A stretch of 64,000 nucleotides of DNA from Lama guanicoe (taxonomy: Eukaryota), in the NCBI GenBank assembly GCA_013239625.1, contig MU056313.1, positions 2,527,786-2,591,785 of the forward strand, written 5' to 3'. Position 1 is the first letter of the stretch; every line of letters begins with the position of its first letter. Both the position numbers and the translations under genes were made by a program. Of the stretch, positions 1 to 14,358 are shown one piece after another. The notes under the pieces were generated by a model. It was not told the origin of the DNA and made no database searches. It saw only the letters and a program-made list of their open reading frames with translations.

Positions 1-2013
1 TAAAGAATGAAGGTAGCCTGGAAAAGCTAAACCCCAGGGCTCCCTTTCCACCTGACCTCACCGCCTGGCCCGGCTCACTTTGACGTGTCTGAGGTCTGAC
101 TGCTCTTGAAGATAATTCACCTTCAAGCACAGGCCTCCAGAAAAGAAATCAAGAGACACCACACTCTCTTCCTTCTTCCTCTTCTTCTACATCTTTCCAT
201 CATTTTCCAGGACAGAATATGGCCAGGCTTTTCTTTGACTTTTACCCGGCCCCTCCCCACCACTCCAGCTAAGCACGCAGGGGTCTCTTCTCTGGACTTT
301 GAAAAGACTGTCTGAACAGAGGCCTCTAGGCTCAGTTATTAATTTGATAAAGGGAAGTAGAAAGTCCTTCTCAAGAAATAGCTTACAAGACAATAGTTTT
401 TATCAGCCTGTGTTTCAATCATGTATTGTTAATATTGAATATTACTTTGGTCTTTCTTTAGGCATTTCTCCTACAAAAATTATATTTAAATGCATGCTGA
501 CGGCAGAAGAGGCAAAGGTTTTGACTCAAGAAAGCAAAAAGAAAATTAAGTATTTTAAAACTTTATCTCCATTATAAAATTATTTAAGAAAAGAGTCAGC
601 CTAAGTAAATACCTAGACAAAACAGGGAGACCCAGGAAAGGGTGAACTGAGACTAGGAGGGAAACTTAATGAAGAGAATCAAGAGAAACCAGTGCAAAAT
701 TCAGAGAAAATCTGAGAGATACAAACTAAAATGTCCCATGTATTTGTCATCTGATACTTCTCTACACACTCAAGTTGCTTCAGAGAGAAATAAGTATGCT
801 ACCACAGTCTTCCTGCTATGGGCATAAAACTTTCTGCCCAAGATAAATAATCAAGACACCAATGTGCATAGTTTATTTCTCTACCATCCTGTTCCAGAAA
901 GGATGCCAAGCAGCTGACAGGGAGAACTCTCACTCTACTGGAAAAATGAATGAAATATGATGAAGGAGCTTCAGAAAAGTTTCTTCTTTTTAGAAGCATT
1001 TAAAAACGTAAACTGTCTAGTTCACACAGAAAAAGTAGAATTATGAAAAGAACAAAATGTTGGAAATGATACAGCTTTGTAAAGAAGATAAACTGAAGTA
1101 TGGAAGAAAATGATGATTTAATCAGAGAAGGTGCCGTGAGAGAGTGTGTGGGAAGTGACCGGGGCAGCACGAAGCTTAGGAAGATGACTCTGGAGGCTTC
1201 CAAGGGAGCAGGATGGAAGCCAAAGAGCCAGCAGCATCCTGGTCCAGGTAGGGGAAAAGGATAGTCTAAATTAAGGCAGCAGCAGTGGAATACACGTGAG
1301 AGGGGCTACAAAAATAAAACAAGCAAGACTCAACCAATGAGTGGACTAGGGACTGAAGGAAATGGTGGGGTCCATGAAGACTATGAGGCTCCAAGCCAAG
1401 CCAACTGCAGGAATGATAAAAACATGAGAAATGGAAATGGCCCACTTTCCATCTTGCTCTTAAAACAGAATGATGGTAATTTATTTTCCACATAGAAGTT
1501 TTCTGCTGTAACAATATCAATAGACTTAAAAGTAAAGAAGGAAAATTTTAAAAATTCAAAAATTTGTTCTGATTCAGTGTATTTAGCGGCAGTAAGAAAC
1601 ACTCTGATTTAGAACATGTTTGTCATTTCTTATCTTCAAAGGCTAAAAGAAATCAAAAAGACCACTGACTTAACCAAAAGTATTTGAATTTACCAGTGTC
1701 ATCTCACATTGAGTTTATACAGCCTGTGGATTGCTTTATTTCTGCATAGTTATTTAAGTACTTTTTGCTTCAAGTGGTAGTTGAGTTGAATTCTGATGAC
1801 CAGCTGAGTGTTTCTTGAAGTCTATTATTTCGTAGATATAATGTAAAGCTAATTATAGACTGTTATCCAACAAGGTACCAGATTAGAATATTTGTATAAT
1901 CAATGTTTGATTAACAATGATCAAATAGAGTGGACGTTAATAATATGCCTACTCAAACGTGTAAAAGAAAATCATAGCTTCCTTATTCCCTTTAACTGAT
2001 CTAATCTTTTCCA

Positions 2014-2262
2014 TTTTTTATTGAGATATAATTCACATCCCATGCCCCTTCAAGGTGTCCACTGAGTGGTTTTTAGCATGTTCACAAAGTTGGGCACTGT
2101 CTAATCCAGGTCATTTTTGTCACCCCAACAAAGAAACCTTATACCCATTAGCAGTCACTGGCCACACTCCCCTCCCCCGCCCCTGGTAACTGCTAATCTA
2201 CCTCCTTTCTGTATGTATTTGTGTGTTTTAGGTGTTTCATACCAGTTGGATCGTATATTATG
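2014..2262 (-). mobile_element. Old L1M-type 3' end fragment
   Basis: TTTTTATTGAGATATAATTCACA...TTGTCACCCCAACAAAGAAACC...CCCATTAGCAGTCACT, typical antisense L1M 3' UTR. Confidence 0.75.
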
Positions 2263-3984
2263 CAGCCAACCAAACTGCCCCTATGAATTCCCACCCCATT
2301 GGGTGGCAGTAAAAATTTACTTTAGCTCAAATTTGGCAGTTAATCTCTCAGACATTTCTAGTTTAGGACAACTGAATTTGGGTAAAGACTCAGTAAGCTT
2401 AAAGTATATTTGCTGACAGATTGTTTATCCCCTGCCGTCTTCCTTCCCAAGCTGATCTGGGCACAGGGGGAACATTAGGAGCCCTCCTAACAGTGATGGG
2501 GGTGGGGGGGAGCTGTCCTCCTCTGCTGGCCTCTGCGGGGTGACAGCCTGACAACACTGGGCACTGGATCCGTGCCCCTCAGGACAACTGGTCCCCACTG
2601 GACTCCTGACAGACGATGGCTTCCCTTACTGCTTGACATCTGAGCCCGACACTGCGACCCGCCATGCAGATCACTGTCCATGGCAGCCTCCTCTTGCCAA
2701 CTCCTGGCCTCTGCCAGTCCACATCCTCTGTGTCCACACTGAGGGTGGGCCCGGGCCTTTCCCCCCACTGTACACCCTGCACCTGTCATAGAGTTTAGCA
2801 TATAGTAAGCAATCAACAATATTTTTTGAATGAGTGAACAAATCCTTCAAAATTCAGCTAAAATATTATCTCTTCTGTAAGCCCTTCTTTAATGCTCCCG
2901 CCCCTCCTCCCCCTCCGCTGCCTGTTCTGTGCTCTCATAACAAGTACGTCTTGCTGCCAGACAAGCATCTGTGGGCTGCGTTATAACTGCTGTGTGTGTA
3001 TCATCTCTCACACGTTATAAATCATCTATCCCTCACTGCCCCGGTGAGGGGCTTCCCAGGGCCTCCCTCAGATCCTTGCCACGTAAAAAGTATGCTCGAT
3101 AGACATTATAAGTAATTGAGGCCGTGTCATTTTTAATTAGCTAGATTTTTCAAAAATAATAATATGCAAATTTTATGAAATAATCGTGTGGTACAAGTGG
3201 GTATAAAATGAAAATGAGTCTCCATTTGGCCCCAAACAGTTTCATGTAGGCTCCTGTTTATGGGAATTTAGGTTGCTCCCAGTATTTTGCTTGTCAAGTT
3301 TCTTTTTAAATAAGTACTTAAAGTACTGCATGATCGTCTGAGTTAGTAACGGAGAAAATTTACACTAGAGGTTTCTAAGAGAAGAAGCACAAGAAGGAAT
3401 TAGAGGCAGAGAGAATCACATTTGCAGAATCATCTCTCAGAGGATGAAAACGCAAGGAGGGGCCTTGACCACTAGAAATCTGAATTCCATCCTGAAGCCA
3501 AGGACAAATCCCACTTAATCAGTTTTGTACTGAAATATAAGCATCTCAGCTCTCCAACAGGATTGAAATCTCTCCGATCGGAACTCGAGTTTTCCTCCAC
3601 TGATGACCTGATACCACGTGCCTACGGATGACTTCTGACATAATTAAGACCCCAGAAAAAATAAATCCAGGCACTTCTGGGTGCAAGAAAACACAGAGAT
3701 AGTGGTACTGAACTAAGAAGTTCAGATTTTGTGCTAAGTTGAAAAAAAAAAACCACATCAAATATTTTTTTTTAACTGTTCTTTTCACATCAAAATTCCA
3801 TGTGTTTCCTTAGAGGAGGTTTAGGGGAAAAGGAGAGGCAAGTAAGGCATTCTCCCTACTAAATTGGTGGGAAAGATTTTCCAGGGCAGTTTCCCTAGAA
3901 CCAGAAGTGCCAGCAGTCAAACTAAAAGATGGGGAACAAAGGTTGAAGCTTTGAGAAGAAAGGCGTCCCAACAGAGGCCACAGA

Positions 3985-4170
3985 TGGCCGTGGTTAGGAG
4001 CATGGGTTCTGAACCAAGCGGCCTGGATTCAGGCCACAGCTCCACCATCCCCTGTGTCCCTTGGACAGGTTATGTATATGCCCTTGGTCTCCTTGTAAAA
4101 TGAGAACATTACAGGACCTACCGCTGGGGCGGTGGTGTGGCCTGAGTGAGTTGATACACGCTGAGGACCA
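3985..4170 (+). mobile_element. MIR SINE
   Basis: GTGGTTAGGAGCATGGGTTCTG...CTGTGTCCCTTGGACAGGTTA...TGTAAAATGAGAA core. Confidence 0.7.
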
Positions 4171-6169
4171 CTGGAGAGGGCTTCACCGTGCCCATCCCCG
4201 CCGGCACCCACCACTCGGACCACTCTCTGTTTCCCTCCGCTGAACGCTAGATGCTCGCCCCGTTCCACTGAGCCTCCTTTTCAGTAAGCATCACTTCAGG
4301 GCCTTCCGTGTTATCCCTCATCACCACTTCTCTTCTACCATGATTAGGAAATGAAGAACCCAAATACTACAGAGGTATTAATATTAGATAGAAAGACAAA
4401 TTCGTTTTCATTTTTCTTCGCATAATGCTTTTCCAAACTCCAGCCCAATCAACGCCATCCTGCTCTAGGGCAACACCACCAGAAAGTAGTAAATCCCCCC
4501 AAACACAGAGGCAAGCAAGGCAAACAAGAAGGAAACTGCTCCTGGCTTCTCTCTATTGGCGGGTGACACTGCAGCCTCTGACCCGAAGGTCCAAGGATCT
4601 TGTTCTGAAAATGGGTACAAATCATACTGAGATTTGGCTCCTCTTAATGAGCAAAAACTTCTCTGAAAAAGAAAAGACTATACCATTTAACCGTCCTGTC
4701 AAGTTCTACAACCCTGGCTAAATTCTGGAAATAAACGTCATTGAGGGCAGGAGGCAAGCACCTTCGTGAATTACTTCAAGCAACCTGCGGAAGCACGATG
4801 CCAGCCAGCACTCTCAAAGGCCTCATTGTGAGCGTTTGTGCTCGGAGGCTGCTAACTGCTGGCCTCCTTCCATCCACCTCATGCAAACACAACACCATAT
4901 TTGCCTCTAGGCTGTCACTATGTGTTAGGGGCCTATAAACAGAGAAGATCCTTTCTTAGCAACCACCGTGAGAAAGGAGAACCCTCCCCTCCCCTCCCCC
5001 TCAAAACAAGCCTGAAAGGAGGAAAGAAAGGAAAAGGAACCTTACACAATCAGATGTGAAAGTCAAAATGACAATCCAATATGGAAAGTTTCAAAACTGT
5101 TGGCTGCCTTTGGCTTGGGGGCAAAAAAAAAAAAAGAAAAAACTCTCAAGAAGCTTTCAGAAGCCAGCTGCCAACAGATTAAAGGCGACTAGAAATGATC
5201 TCACCGCCATGTGTAGACGTCTGGTCACACGGATATCTGCAAGATAACCAAGAATAATCCAGTTACGTTATTCGGCTGCATTTCCTTGGAGACTGCTTTG
5301 GGCTTCATCTTGCTATTTTTAGTCTTCTGTGTCAGACGCCATGGGAAGCCATCACCAAGGCAGTTCAAGAACTATATGTTTATCCAGAACAGGTAAAAGT
5401 TCTGGAAATCAAAATCACTGAAAAAGCAGCTGGAGGTCAAAACATTCAAGGGATTCTGGAAAGGAGGAGCAGTGCGAAGACGGGGGTGGTTTTCTGTTGA
5501 CAACAGCAGACCAGCCTGTCCTGATGCTACATTTCAGCCCTGATGGATGCTGTATTTTAGATAGAGGATTACAGAAAATTGTCCTATCTGTAAAGAAAGC
5601 AGAAACCTTGACCTTAAAAAAAAAAGAATACTGCAGAGGATCTGTGTGGCCATTGGAGCTTTCAGGAAGTTTAAAATGTTTCTGGAGTTAAATCAGTTCA
5701 CTCTTGCCGGCCTGAGAACAGCCAGTTTGGAAAACAGGACTTGTAGGCATGGAAACAAGGCATCTTGGTAACAAAACTCATTACAGGGTTTCATGGAGAA
5801 AAACTGTGGAGAATCCTCAAGGGGGGGAAGGACAGATCTGGCACAATTCTGCAAGGCCAGACAGTATGAAATTTACAATGAGGGTAACTAAAGTATGCTA
5901 AGCTCCAGTAATTGAGTGGAAAGAATTAAACTTTCGTGAGCCATGACCCTTCAAGTGCTGCCTGCCTGCAAATATCAGGGTTGCTAATAATCAAAGCAAT
6001 GAAAATAAAAGACACCCAGAAGAAAGTATTTTAAGCCTATATTCCCATTATGTCCTTGAAGACATAGGACAATTCAGAGACTATGCAGAACTGAACTCTC
6101 ATGAATATTATTTCAAAACCAGAAAATGTGAAAATACTGTAAACAGGAAGCTTTTATATCGAGTGTCAA

Positions 6170-6330
6170 CTTTCACGCTGTCTCATTTTGATCTTCACAG
6201 CAGCCCTTTGATAAGGATGTTATCTCTGCTGCATCACAGATGAGGAAACCAAGGCCCAGAGGAGCTGAGGTCGGTAAGCAGCTAAGCCTGGCTTCCGACC
6301 TCAAGCCAGGACTGCCTCTCCCCTTCCCCC
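6170..6330 (-). mobile_element. MIR SINE
   Basis: ACAGATGAGGAAACCAAGGCCCAGAGG antisense MIR core. Confidence 0.65.
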
Positions 6331-7414
6331 GGCCTCCATCCTGCGGGTGCTGTGACTTAGGTAAGGCTGCACTGACACATCTGGGTATAACCAGGGACTC
6401 CTGTGGTGCTGGTACTCCCCCACCAACAAATGCCATTGCAGGGGTCATAGTAAGTATTTTCACCATAAAAATGGGAAACTTTGCTGTATAGTGTGTTTGT
6501 ATCTTTTAAAAGCTCTTTTTCTTGGTCACAAAGTTTTTCCTTCTGTTTTCTCTTCCTCTACCTCTTCCTCTTTTCCCCCTTCCTTCTCCACTTTTACACA
6601 CTCACCTTACACTGGAGCCCACGCACTCTTCTACACTATTGCCCTGTGCGGGGGAGCTCGCAGGAACATAGTGAATACTTGCCAGTGTGTTCACTATGGC
6701 CGGTGGCACCTCAGGGACCACCCCACCCACAACCTCTTACTCACCCAGGGCTTCCACCCTGTGCTCAACTCCGGCTGCTGCGTTTGCTGGCACCTGATAG
6801 TAAGGGCAGTGGCAGGCAGCATCAAGGCCTACTGAGCAAACTGGAGAATCAGGCCACTGCCAACTTCTCATGACCTTTGGTATCCTAGGAGGCCCTGTTA
6901 ACATGACTGGAGTAACAGCGGAAAGTAGAAAACTGAGTGGAAAGCATAAGAGGTCAGTAGATATGGTCCGGCTCAATTTGGCTGCCCAGCCTTTGAAATA
7001 AATCTACAGGTGGAGCTCTGGTCTAAGGACAGCAATATGACCATGTATGATTAGAACTATTGCGGAAATCACCACACTGCAACTCCCCTACATACAATTC
7101 TTCATCACTTTTTTTTCCTTCTCCATTCTTCCCCTGTTGTAATTTAGAGAATTAAGAAGTAGTCTTTTCCTGCCAGGAAACTAAACGTGTTCCTTTTGTT
7201 AACCCCAGCTACAGTGGGTTAAAGTGTCCCCTAGTGACCTGAAGAATATGAGTTTTCTTTCCTAAGTATCCAATTTAATAGAACATAAGAGATGAAAAGG
7301 AAGAAGGAGATCTAAAAACTACTTTGGTCGCTAGAACACAAAAATTCTTGAGGATTATTTGTAACATACATAATTTTTTATATTTGTAACCATTCATTTA
7401 CATGAATTTACATT

Positions 7415-7945
7415 TTAAGAAAATGTGATATGACAATACCAAATATTGGGAAGGATGTGAAGTAACTGAAACTCTCATACATTTCAGGTAGGAACACAAA
7501 ATGGTACAACCACTTAGAAAAACCATTTGTCAGTCTCTTAAAAAGTTAAATATACCATCGTCCTTAGGAACCAGTCAGTCCACTCTTAGGTATTCACCCA
7601 AAAGAAATGAAAACATAAGTCCACACAGTTATTTATAAGTATTCACAGCAGCATTATTCATAATAACCCCAAACTGGAAACAACCGAATTTTTCATCAAC
7701 ACCAATAGATACACAAACTATGGAATCCATCCAATAAAATACTACTTAGGGTAAAAAAAGTCAGGGGATGAGGAGGGGTGAACAACTGATACAACAGGAG
7801 TGAATCTTAAAATCATTATGCTGAATGAAAGAAACCAGACACAAAAGAGTTCATACTGCGTGACATCATTGGCATAAAATTCTAGAAAATGTGAACTAAG
7901 TCCAGAGTGACAGAAAAGAAGGTGAGTGGTTGCCCAAGGCCAGGG
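7415..7945 (+). mobile_element. L1M (L1MC/ME-like) ORF2 end / 3' UTR fragment
   Basis: AACTGAAACTCTCATAC...AAAATGGTACAACCAC...CCACTCTTAGGTATTCACCCAAAAGAAATGAAAACATA...GAAAGAAACCAGACACAAAAGAG. Confidence 0.8.
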
Positions 7946-8038
7946 AGAAATGCTGCAGCACAGCCTACACTGAATGACATCCCCCAAAATAAAAAGCACC
8001 GGGCCCAAACCTCAACAGTGCTTAGCTTGAGAAACCTT
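7945..8038 (+). mobile_element. MER20-like hAT DNA transposon 3' end
   Basis: GGCCCAAACCTCAACAGTGCTTAGCTTGAGAAACC resembles the MER20 terminus. Confidence 0.55.
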
Positions 8039-8049
8039 AGTATGACCAG

Positions 8050-8935
8050 CCAAAAAAGAGAAAAGATTCAAATCATGAAAATCAGGAATGGAAGAGGAGG
8101 AGACATCACTACAAGCCCTACAGAGAGTAAAAAATTATAAGGGGCTGTGAATAAATTTATGCTAAAAATTACGCAATTCAGATGAAATATGAAGATTTAC
8201 AGAGAGGTACACATTAAGAAAACTGACTGAATGAAAAGGAAAAAACATGAATAGACCCATAACAAGTAAAGAATTTGAATCAATAATTGAAAACCTTCTT
8301 TCAAAGAAAAGACCAGGCCCAGATCTCTTCACAGGTTCGTGCTATAAAATAGTTAAAGGACGAACCACACCACTGCTTCCTGAACTCTTCCACAAAATAT
8401 GAGAGAACGCTTCCCAACCAATCCCATGAGGCTAGCATTACTCTAATACTGAAACCAGACAAAGACATCACAAGAAAACTACAGACTAATATTCTTCATG
8501 AGTCTAGATGCAAAAATCCTCAACAAAATGTTAGCAAAATGAACCCAACAACATATAAGAAGGATGATTCACCATGACCAAGTGGGACTTCCCCCCAGGA
8601 ATACAAAGTTATCTTAATATCTAAAAGTCAGTCAGTGTAAAATCACTTTAATAGAATAATATGAATGAAGGACAAAAACCACATGTTCGTGTCAACATAT
8701 GCAAAAAAATCATTTGACAATGCCTAACACCCACTCATGATAAAAAATCTGAAAAACTAGAGTTGGAAAACAATTTCCTCAACTTGACAAATAGATTCTA
8801 CAAAAAATGTGTAGCTGGCATCATACTTATTGGTGAAAGACTGAACGTTTTCCCTCTAAAAGTTGGTCAAACATACTGTACGACCACATTTATGTAAAAA
8901 GTCCAGAAGAAGGAAATCTATAGAGACAAAAAAAA
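8050..8935 (+). mobile_element. Degenerate L1 ORF2 (RT region) fragment plus short 3' piece
   Basis: GCATTACTCTAATACTGAAACCAGACAAAGACATCACAAGAAAACTACAGAC...GATGCAAAAATCCTCAACAAAATGTTAGCAAA...CACCATGACCAAGTGGGA; frame disrupted. Confidence 0.9.
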
Positions 8936-11526
8936 AGGTACTGACAAGTACTATTTTATCCTAGATAAATGTAGTTTTCCTTTTTCAAGCTGTTTGTCGA
9001 CTTCTGACTAAGCGCCTCTCTGGCCCCAGGATGGTTCTATTTTTCCAGCAGCTCATCTCTGGTGCCAAGGAGCAGGCACTGGGGAACACTCCCTCTGTGT
9101 GCAGAGGGATGTGTGGTTCCCTCAGAACCAGAAGGGGCTTAGCTGCAGGAACACAAGCAAGAAACACTGAAGAAAATGCTTTGAAGGCCCAAAACCTGAA
9201 TTTTATCACTCAGAGGAAGAGGCCAGGCCTAAGGAAGCAATGTCACTTCAACAGGAAAGTATTGCTCTGGAATCAGGAGTGATAGAACCCTGCCTGTAAT
9301 GGCAGTGCCTTGCAGGAAAGTCCCTCTGTCATCACACCACTTGATAAACAAGCCACACAAAGCCTCTTGGCAACTGCAGGCATTTTCAACACATAAAGAG
9401 GAAAAAAATGGCATCTAGTCAGACGGGACTATTGAGAGCAGAAACACTGTTACCTGCGAGCACGTGGCCCTGTACTCGGGATGTCATGAGCGCTCGGTCG
9501 TCACCATGTGGACCCACCGCAAGTCCGTTCAGCATCCTCACGTCACGTAGGGCACGGCAAGCTCTGGAGGCCTGGACGCCCCGGTGGACAGAGATGTTAT
9601 CTTCCATCAGCACATCTTTCTGCATTTCAGCTGCTGCAGTTACTGCCTGCTGTCCTTCCGGGGGATCACTTTGCAGCCATGAACTTACTAAGGGGCAGAG
9701 GACCTAGAAAAAAAGGATTCGAAGCCTGATCCGTTCTGTTTAAAAGGCAAAGATTTCAAAATATGCCTAATCACTAGCATAATCTACGTGAGTTCCCAGG
9801 ACTGAAAAGGATGACAGAGACATTTATCACAAGGAGGGGAGAAGGGTGTCTGGAGGATGGATCCAGACACAACAGCAGGGCCTGTGTAGAAAAGTTGCTG
9901 ATCCTGAGCCACGTGTGCAGCTGATGCTCCAGCCACTCTGTCGTGTGTATGTGCTAAAAGGCAAATGGCTACACATGGTCAGGAAGAGATGTTTCACCAA
10001 GATCTGTAAGGCTTAGGACCCAAGGAGTTTTGTTACAGGATGTTCTTGGCTGAACATGAGCTTGAGGGACCACCGGGAGTAAAAAGTCTATTCCGCCCCC
10101 TTGGCCACCCAAAGAGAGGCAGAGATGCTCGTGACCAGAAAGACCTGAGTGTGCAGGGGCCGGCCTTACAGGGCCTGAAGTGCTAGCCTCGGCTCAGAGT
10201 CTCCATCTTCCAGGAACCTGTGGGTCTACCTGTCATGCAGACGCCATCACCTAAATACTGCTACCACTTGGAGCAAAACACAAGCAGGTGTTTTCTCATC
10301 ACCGGTATCTGGGCTACCTTCAGGTTGAAAGGAAGAGACCAAGAAAGAGGATACTGGGCAGATTGACCCTATTGTGTTGGGAATTGGCGTCTGAGGAAAG
10401 AGACCCAGACCCATCGCAAAAACGGGAACATTAGAAAACTGGGAGCATGTCCTGCCCCACGCTCTCCGAGTGGCATGGGCCCTGCGGCGTCACTGTCCAT
10501 GTGCTCCTGCAGCACGTCACTGCCGGCAGGAAAGGAGGGGTCAGGAGGACGCGTAAACCGGGGGAGAAGGGCACGGTCATCTCTGTGCTGGGCGTCAGTA
10601 CTGACTTCCCATGGAACCTCATCTACATGGAAACTCACATTATACCAATTAACTTTCAACACTGCATACCTGAAGTTTAGGACTTTAATTCTTGACTCAT
10701 TCACAAGTACAGTCTGTGCTTAGCTGGTCAAATAGCACCCCGCCCCCCCCCAAAAAAGGAACGTATTTGCTTTCCAGTTTGGAAAGGAATGTGTACTTCA
10801 TCCACAGTGGTCTTATTGTCTTATATATCATGTTTGCTCAGTTTTAAGCTTTTTGCTCAGGGACTATAAGATGGGTTTAAATAAAGAGGAAATTGGATTC
10901 CATCAATCAATACACTAAAACACAACCAAGATTAGATGACATAAGGTTACACCATTTCATCACTTGTAACTAATATTGTCTGTGCAGGCCCCTTCTGAGA
11001 AAATATTTATGTTATGTTTCATTTCCTACAAAGAAATTCATCTTCTGGCTTCCCCACAAATTTAAAAATTACATAGTGAGTTAGGGAAAAAGAGAAAACT
11101 ATTGTAGTCCCATTGACTCATTTTAAAGTGAACTTTACCATAGAAAAATATACTTCCATCTAAATAGTCAGAAAAAAAATTGATTTTGAAGCTTTCTATT
11201 TTTTTCTTTAGAGAACTACAGTTTTAGGCCATGTACTCACTCTTTTGCTAAAATCAAAGTTCAGTACTAATATTTAAATCAGGAATAATTAAAATGTCTG
11301 ATGCATACTTTTTTCTTTTTCACTAGAAATGCTCATTTTTCAGATCAGAAGGGATAATGTTTTTCTTATGCTTCCTTCTTATATGTATTAAATAGGGTCT
11401 TTTGATTCACTCAAGGAATTATAATATTTAGCAATGAGAGAGACAGGAATTGTGTGGGAACCCAGGAAGCGGGACTATAGCTCAAGAACTGGAAGATTCT
11501 AGGGGCACCCTAGGACTGGACTGGGT

Positions 11527-11992
11527 GTGGAAGGCAGAATTCTAAGATGACTCCAAAGATTCCCACTCCTGTACACACCCTGTGTAACCCCCTCCTCTTG
11601 AATGTGGAGAGAACAGTGGGCATGATGTGACAGTCGCTCCTGGATTACATTGTTACATGAGACACCAAAGTAGGAGACGGGAGTGAGATCCCCCTGTCGG
11701 CCTTGAAAAAGCAAACTGCCATGTGTGGAGAGGGCCTGCAGCAGGGAATGATGGGCAGCCCCTAGCAGCCGAGAGCCTCAGTCCTACAACAACATGAACT
11801 GATTTCTGCCAACAACCAATGAGCTTGCAGGAAGACCCCGAGCCTTGTCTGACTGCAGCCCCAGCCAACCCCTTGATTGCAGCCTGTGAAAGCCTGAGCT
11901 GAGGACCCACAGAAATTGTGAGACAATCAATTTATTTGTCTTAAGCTGCTGAGTTTGTAGTCATCTGTTACTCAGCAATAGAAAACTAGTGT
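11527..11992 (+). mobile_element. MaLR solo LTR (MLT1E/F-like)
   Basis: Starts GGCAGAATTCTAAGATGACTCC; ends TTAAGCTGCTGAGTTTGTAGTCATCTGTTACTCAGCAATAGAAAACTAGT. Confidence 0.8.
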
Positions 11993-13139
11993 ACTGGGTT
12001 ACCTTCTTGCCCCTCAGGGATAGAAATGTGACAAATCCTCTCATTTGTGTGTGAAAAACAGCCCACATCCTTGCTTCTCTGCCTTTTGGCTCCTTGTACT
12101 CATGGTTTGTTCAGGACTCTCCTGCTTCATGTCTGTATGTCTCTTCTATTTATGCTCCTGTTTGCAATGCAAATGCTTCTCTCTGTCTCATAGAAACTGG
12201 GCAGACAAAATACTAGACATCCTTCAGCCTTACCTTACTGGAACACCTTCATAATGTCAACTAATCCCATCAATAACCCTCTGAGGTGAGTACTATTATT
12301 ATTCTCATTTTTTAATAAATTGAGGAGTTAGATGACTTGAGTGGAGAGGCCAGCCTCCAATCCAAGACATCCTGCATTATGTCTTTTGCTCTTTTCTCCT
12401 CTTCTGCACCGCTGCTAACTTGAAATAGCAGAAGAGTCTCATGAATGCCACACAGATAGTGAAAACTGTAGCCAGGAGAGCACTAGTAACATGTATGGCA
12501 TTCTCTCCTCTGGAGACAAGCCAAGGACAAGCCACTGCGGAGCCATCATTCAGCTTCTCTGAATGTGTTGCTCTTGCTTCCCCAGGAGAACCCGAGTCAG
12601 GGAGACTCAGGCATAAACATTTGCTGGCTGTTCCACCATGAGCAGACGAGTCAGCTGCCTCCACGAGCTTCAGTTTTCTCAGCTACAGAATGAAGCCACA
12701 GCAGCAGTTGCTCCACAGCGTTTCCACAGAGAAGCTCAGGCAATGGCAGTTGGCAGTGGGGGTGGCAGTGGTGGTTATTCAACAAGGGTAACTACCGTGT
12801 CTTACACCTCCATAGCCTAACAGCAATTAAGCAACTTCTAAGTCGGACTCGGATGAATAAGTTACTTAGTTAATTCATATTCTAATTTGAACGGGTTTCC
12901 ATACCAGATGAATGAGTTCCCATGAAAGAAAGAATTGGCTTTTTCCTTTGAGAAATAATTTCTCAAGAATTTAAGAGCAGTCAGAAGTCCTTGTAGGAGT
13001 TTACTAGGCATGGATTTGTTCAAGGCATAGGGCAATCCTACTTTTGGAATTCTGTGAATGGGCCGATCATCATCATCAGAAAATTTCCAGAAGGTTCAAC
13101 ATCATATGTAAACTATGTACAATCAACCTGTAGAATTAA

Positions 13140-13960
13140 GGTGAAGATAACAGCATGGACTTCAGAGTTGCATCTACCTGGATTCAAATCTTGCCTCTGT
13201 CATTTTTGTCTCTGGGCTTGCCCTCACTTCTTTGTGTCTTGGATTCCTCATAAACAAAAGGAGGCTATTAATGGTGTTTTCTTCACAGTGTTATGGAGAG
13301 TACGAAATAAATTCATAGCATTTAGAACAGCGCCCAGACATGGTAAACACTCAGTAAACTTTAAATTTTGTAAAGTCAGCCAAAGTTTATTGAGTTTCTA
13401 CTATATACCAGGCACTGTGCTGAGAACTGTGAATACAAATAACGAGAAAGGAAAAAGGAAAAAAAAATAATGTTTATTCTGTTTTTATGAATAAATCACT
13501 CTGATAGGTGTTTCACATATATTACCTTAATTAGTTTTTAATTAGTAACCTTATTAGGTAGATATTATTTGCCCTGTTTTATCAATGGGGAACATAGGTA
13601 AAGAGAGATTAACCATGTTTCTTAAGGTCGCAGAACGAGTACGTGGTAAAGCAGCAATTCAAAGCCAAGACTAGGCTCAATCCTGCTTTTGCTATAAATA
13701 AGACACAAGCCCTGTCCTGGAGGAATAAACAATCCACAGTGAAGATTCGCATGTAAGTGACTAAATATAATAAGATGTAAGAGCCAAAGTTGAGCAACAT
13801 ACAAAGTAGAGACATTTACCTACAGGAGGGAGGAATTCCTTGGAGTCAGAAAATAGACGTTTGAAAGATGAATAAGATTTCTCCAGAAGAACAAGGGCAC
13901 TCAAGGGGTGGAAGGGCAAGGGAGTAAAACAGTCACAGATTCAGGGAAACGCACAAAAAA
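13140..13960. mobile_element. Cluster of MIR (+ and -) and L2 fragments
   Basis: CCTGGATTCAAATCTTGCCTCTG, TTTAGAACAGCGCCCAGACATGGTAAACACTCAGTAAA and TTTATTGAGTTTCTACTATATACCAGGCACTGTGCT motifs. Confidence 0.6.
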
Positions 13961-14306
13961 TGCCTGGGGTATTGGAGGACCAGCAGAGAAAATAACCAAG
14001 AATGCTGTCTCCATGAACGGCAACTCGGGTGACAGTCCAGCAGTCATCCTACACAGCGTGTTCCTACTTGCAGGGACGCCAGGAATTCACTTCTCCTTAC
14101 AACGTCAGCAGTTTCTAACTGCAAGCTCCAAAGTGCTTCCAGCAGCCAAAACAAACCTAGGTCTATAGCACACCTAAGTTCCGTGCACCTTTAAGGTCTT
14201 TCTGCTGTCCCCCTTGGTTGCTGACAGTCACTGCCATCTATGGTACAGCATTTACTCCACCCTCATTGTGTCTCGAGTGTTCTGCAACAGCTTCTACTGC
14301 CTGCTT

Positions 14307-14358
14307 CATCAGTTTCATCTGCTTAAGATTTTTTTCCATCAGTTCCATCTGCTTAAGA
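14307..14358. repeat. Local 22-bp direct duplication, period 30
   Basis: CATCAGTTTCATCTGCTTAAGA and CATCAGTTCCATCTGCTTAAGA. Confidence 0.85.

Noticed and set aside
13549-13558. Perfect CArG box CCTTATTAGG
   Set aside because: Lies inside a MIR-like fragment 17 kb from the promoter; chance-level match.
14307-14358. CRISPR-like repeat-spacer pattern
   Set aside because: Only two copies with an 8-nt spacer in mammalian DNA; a simple local duplication.
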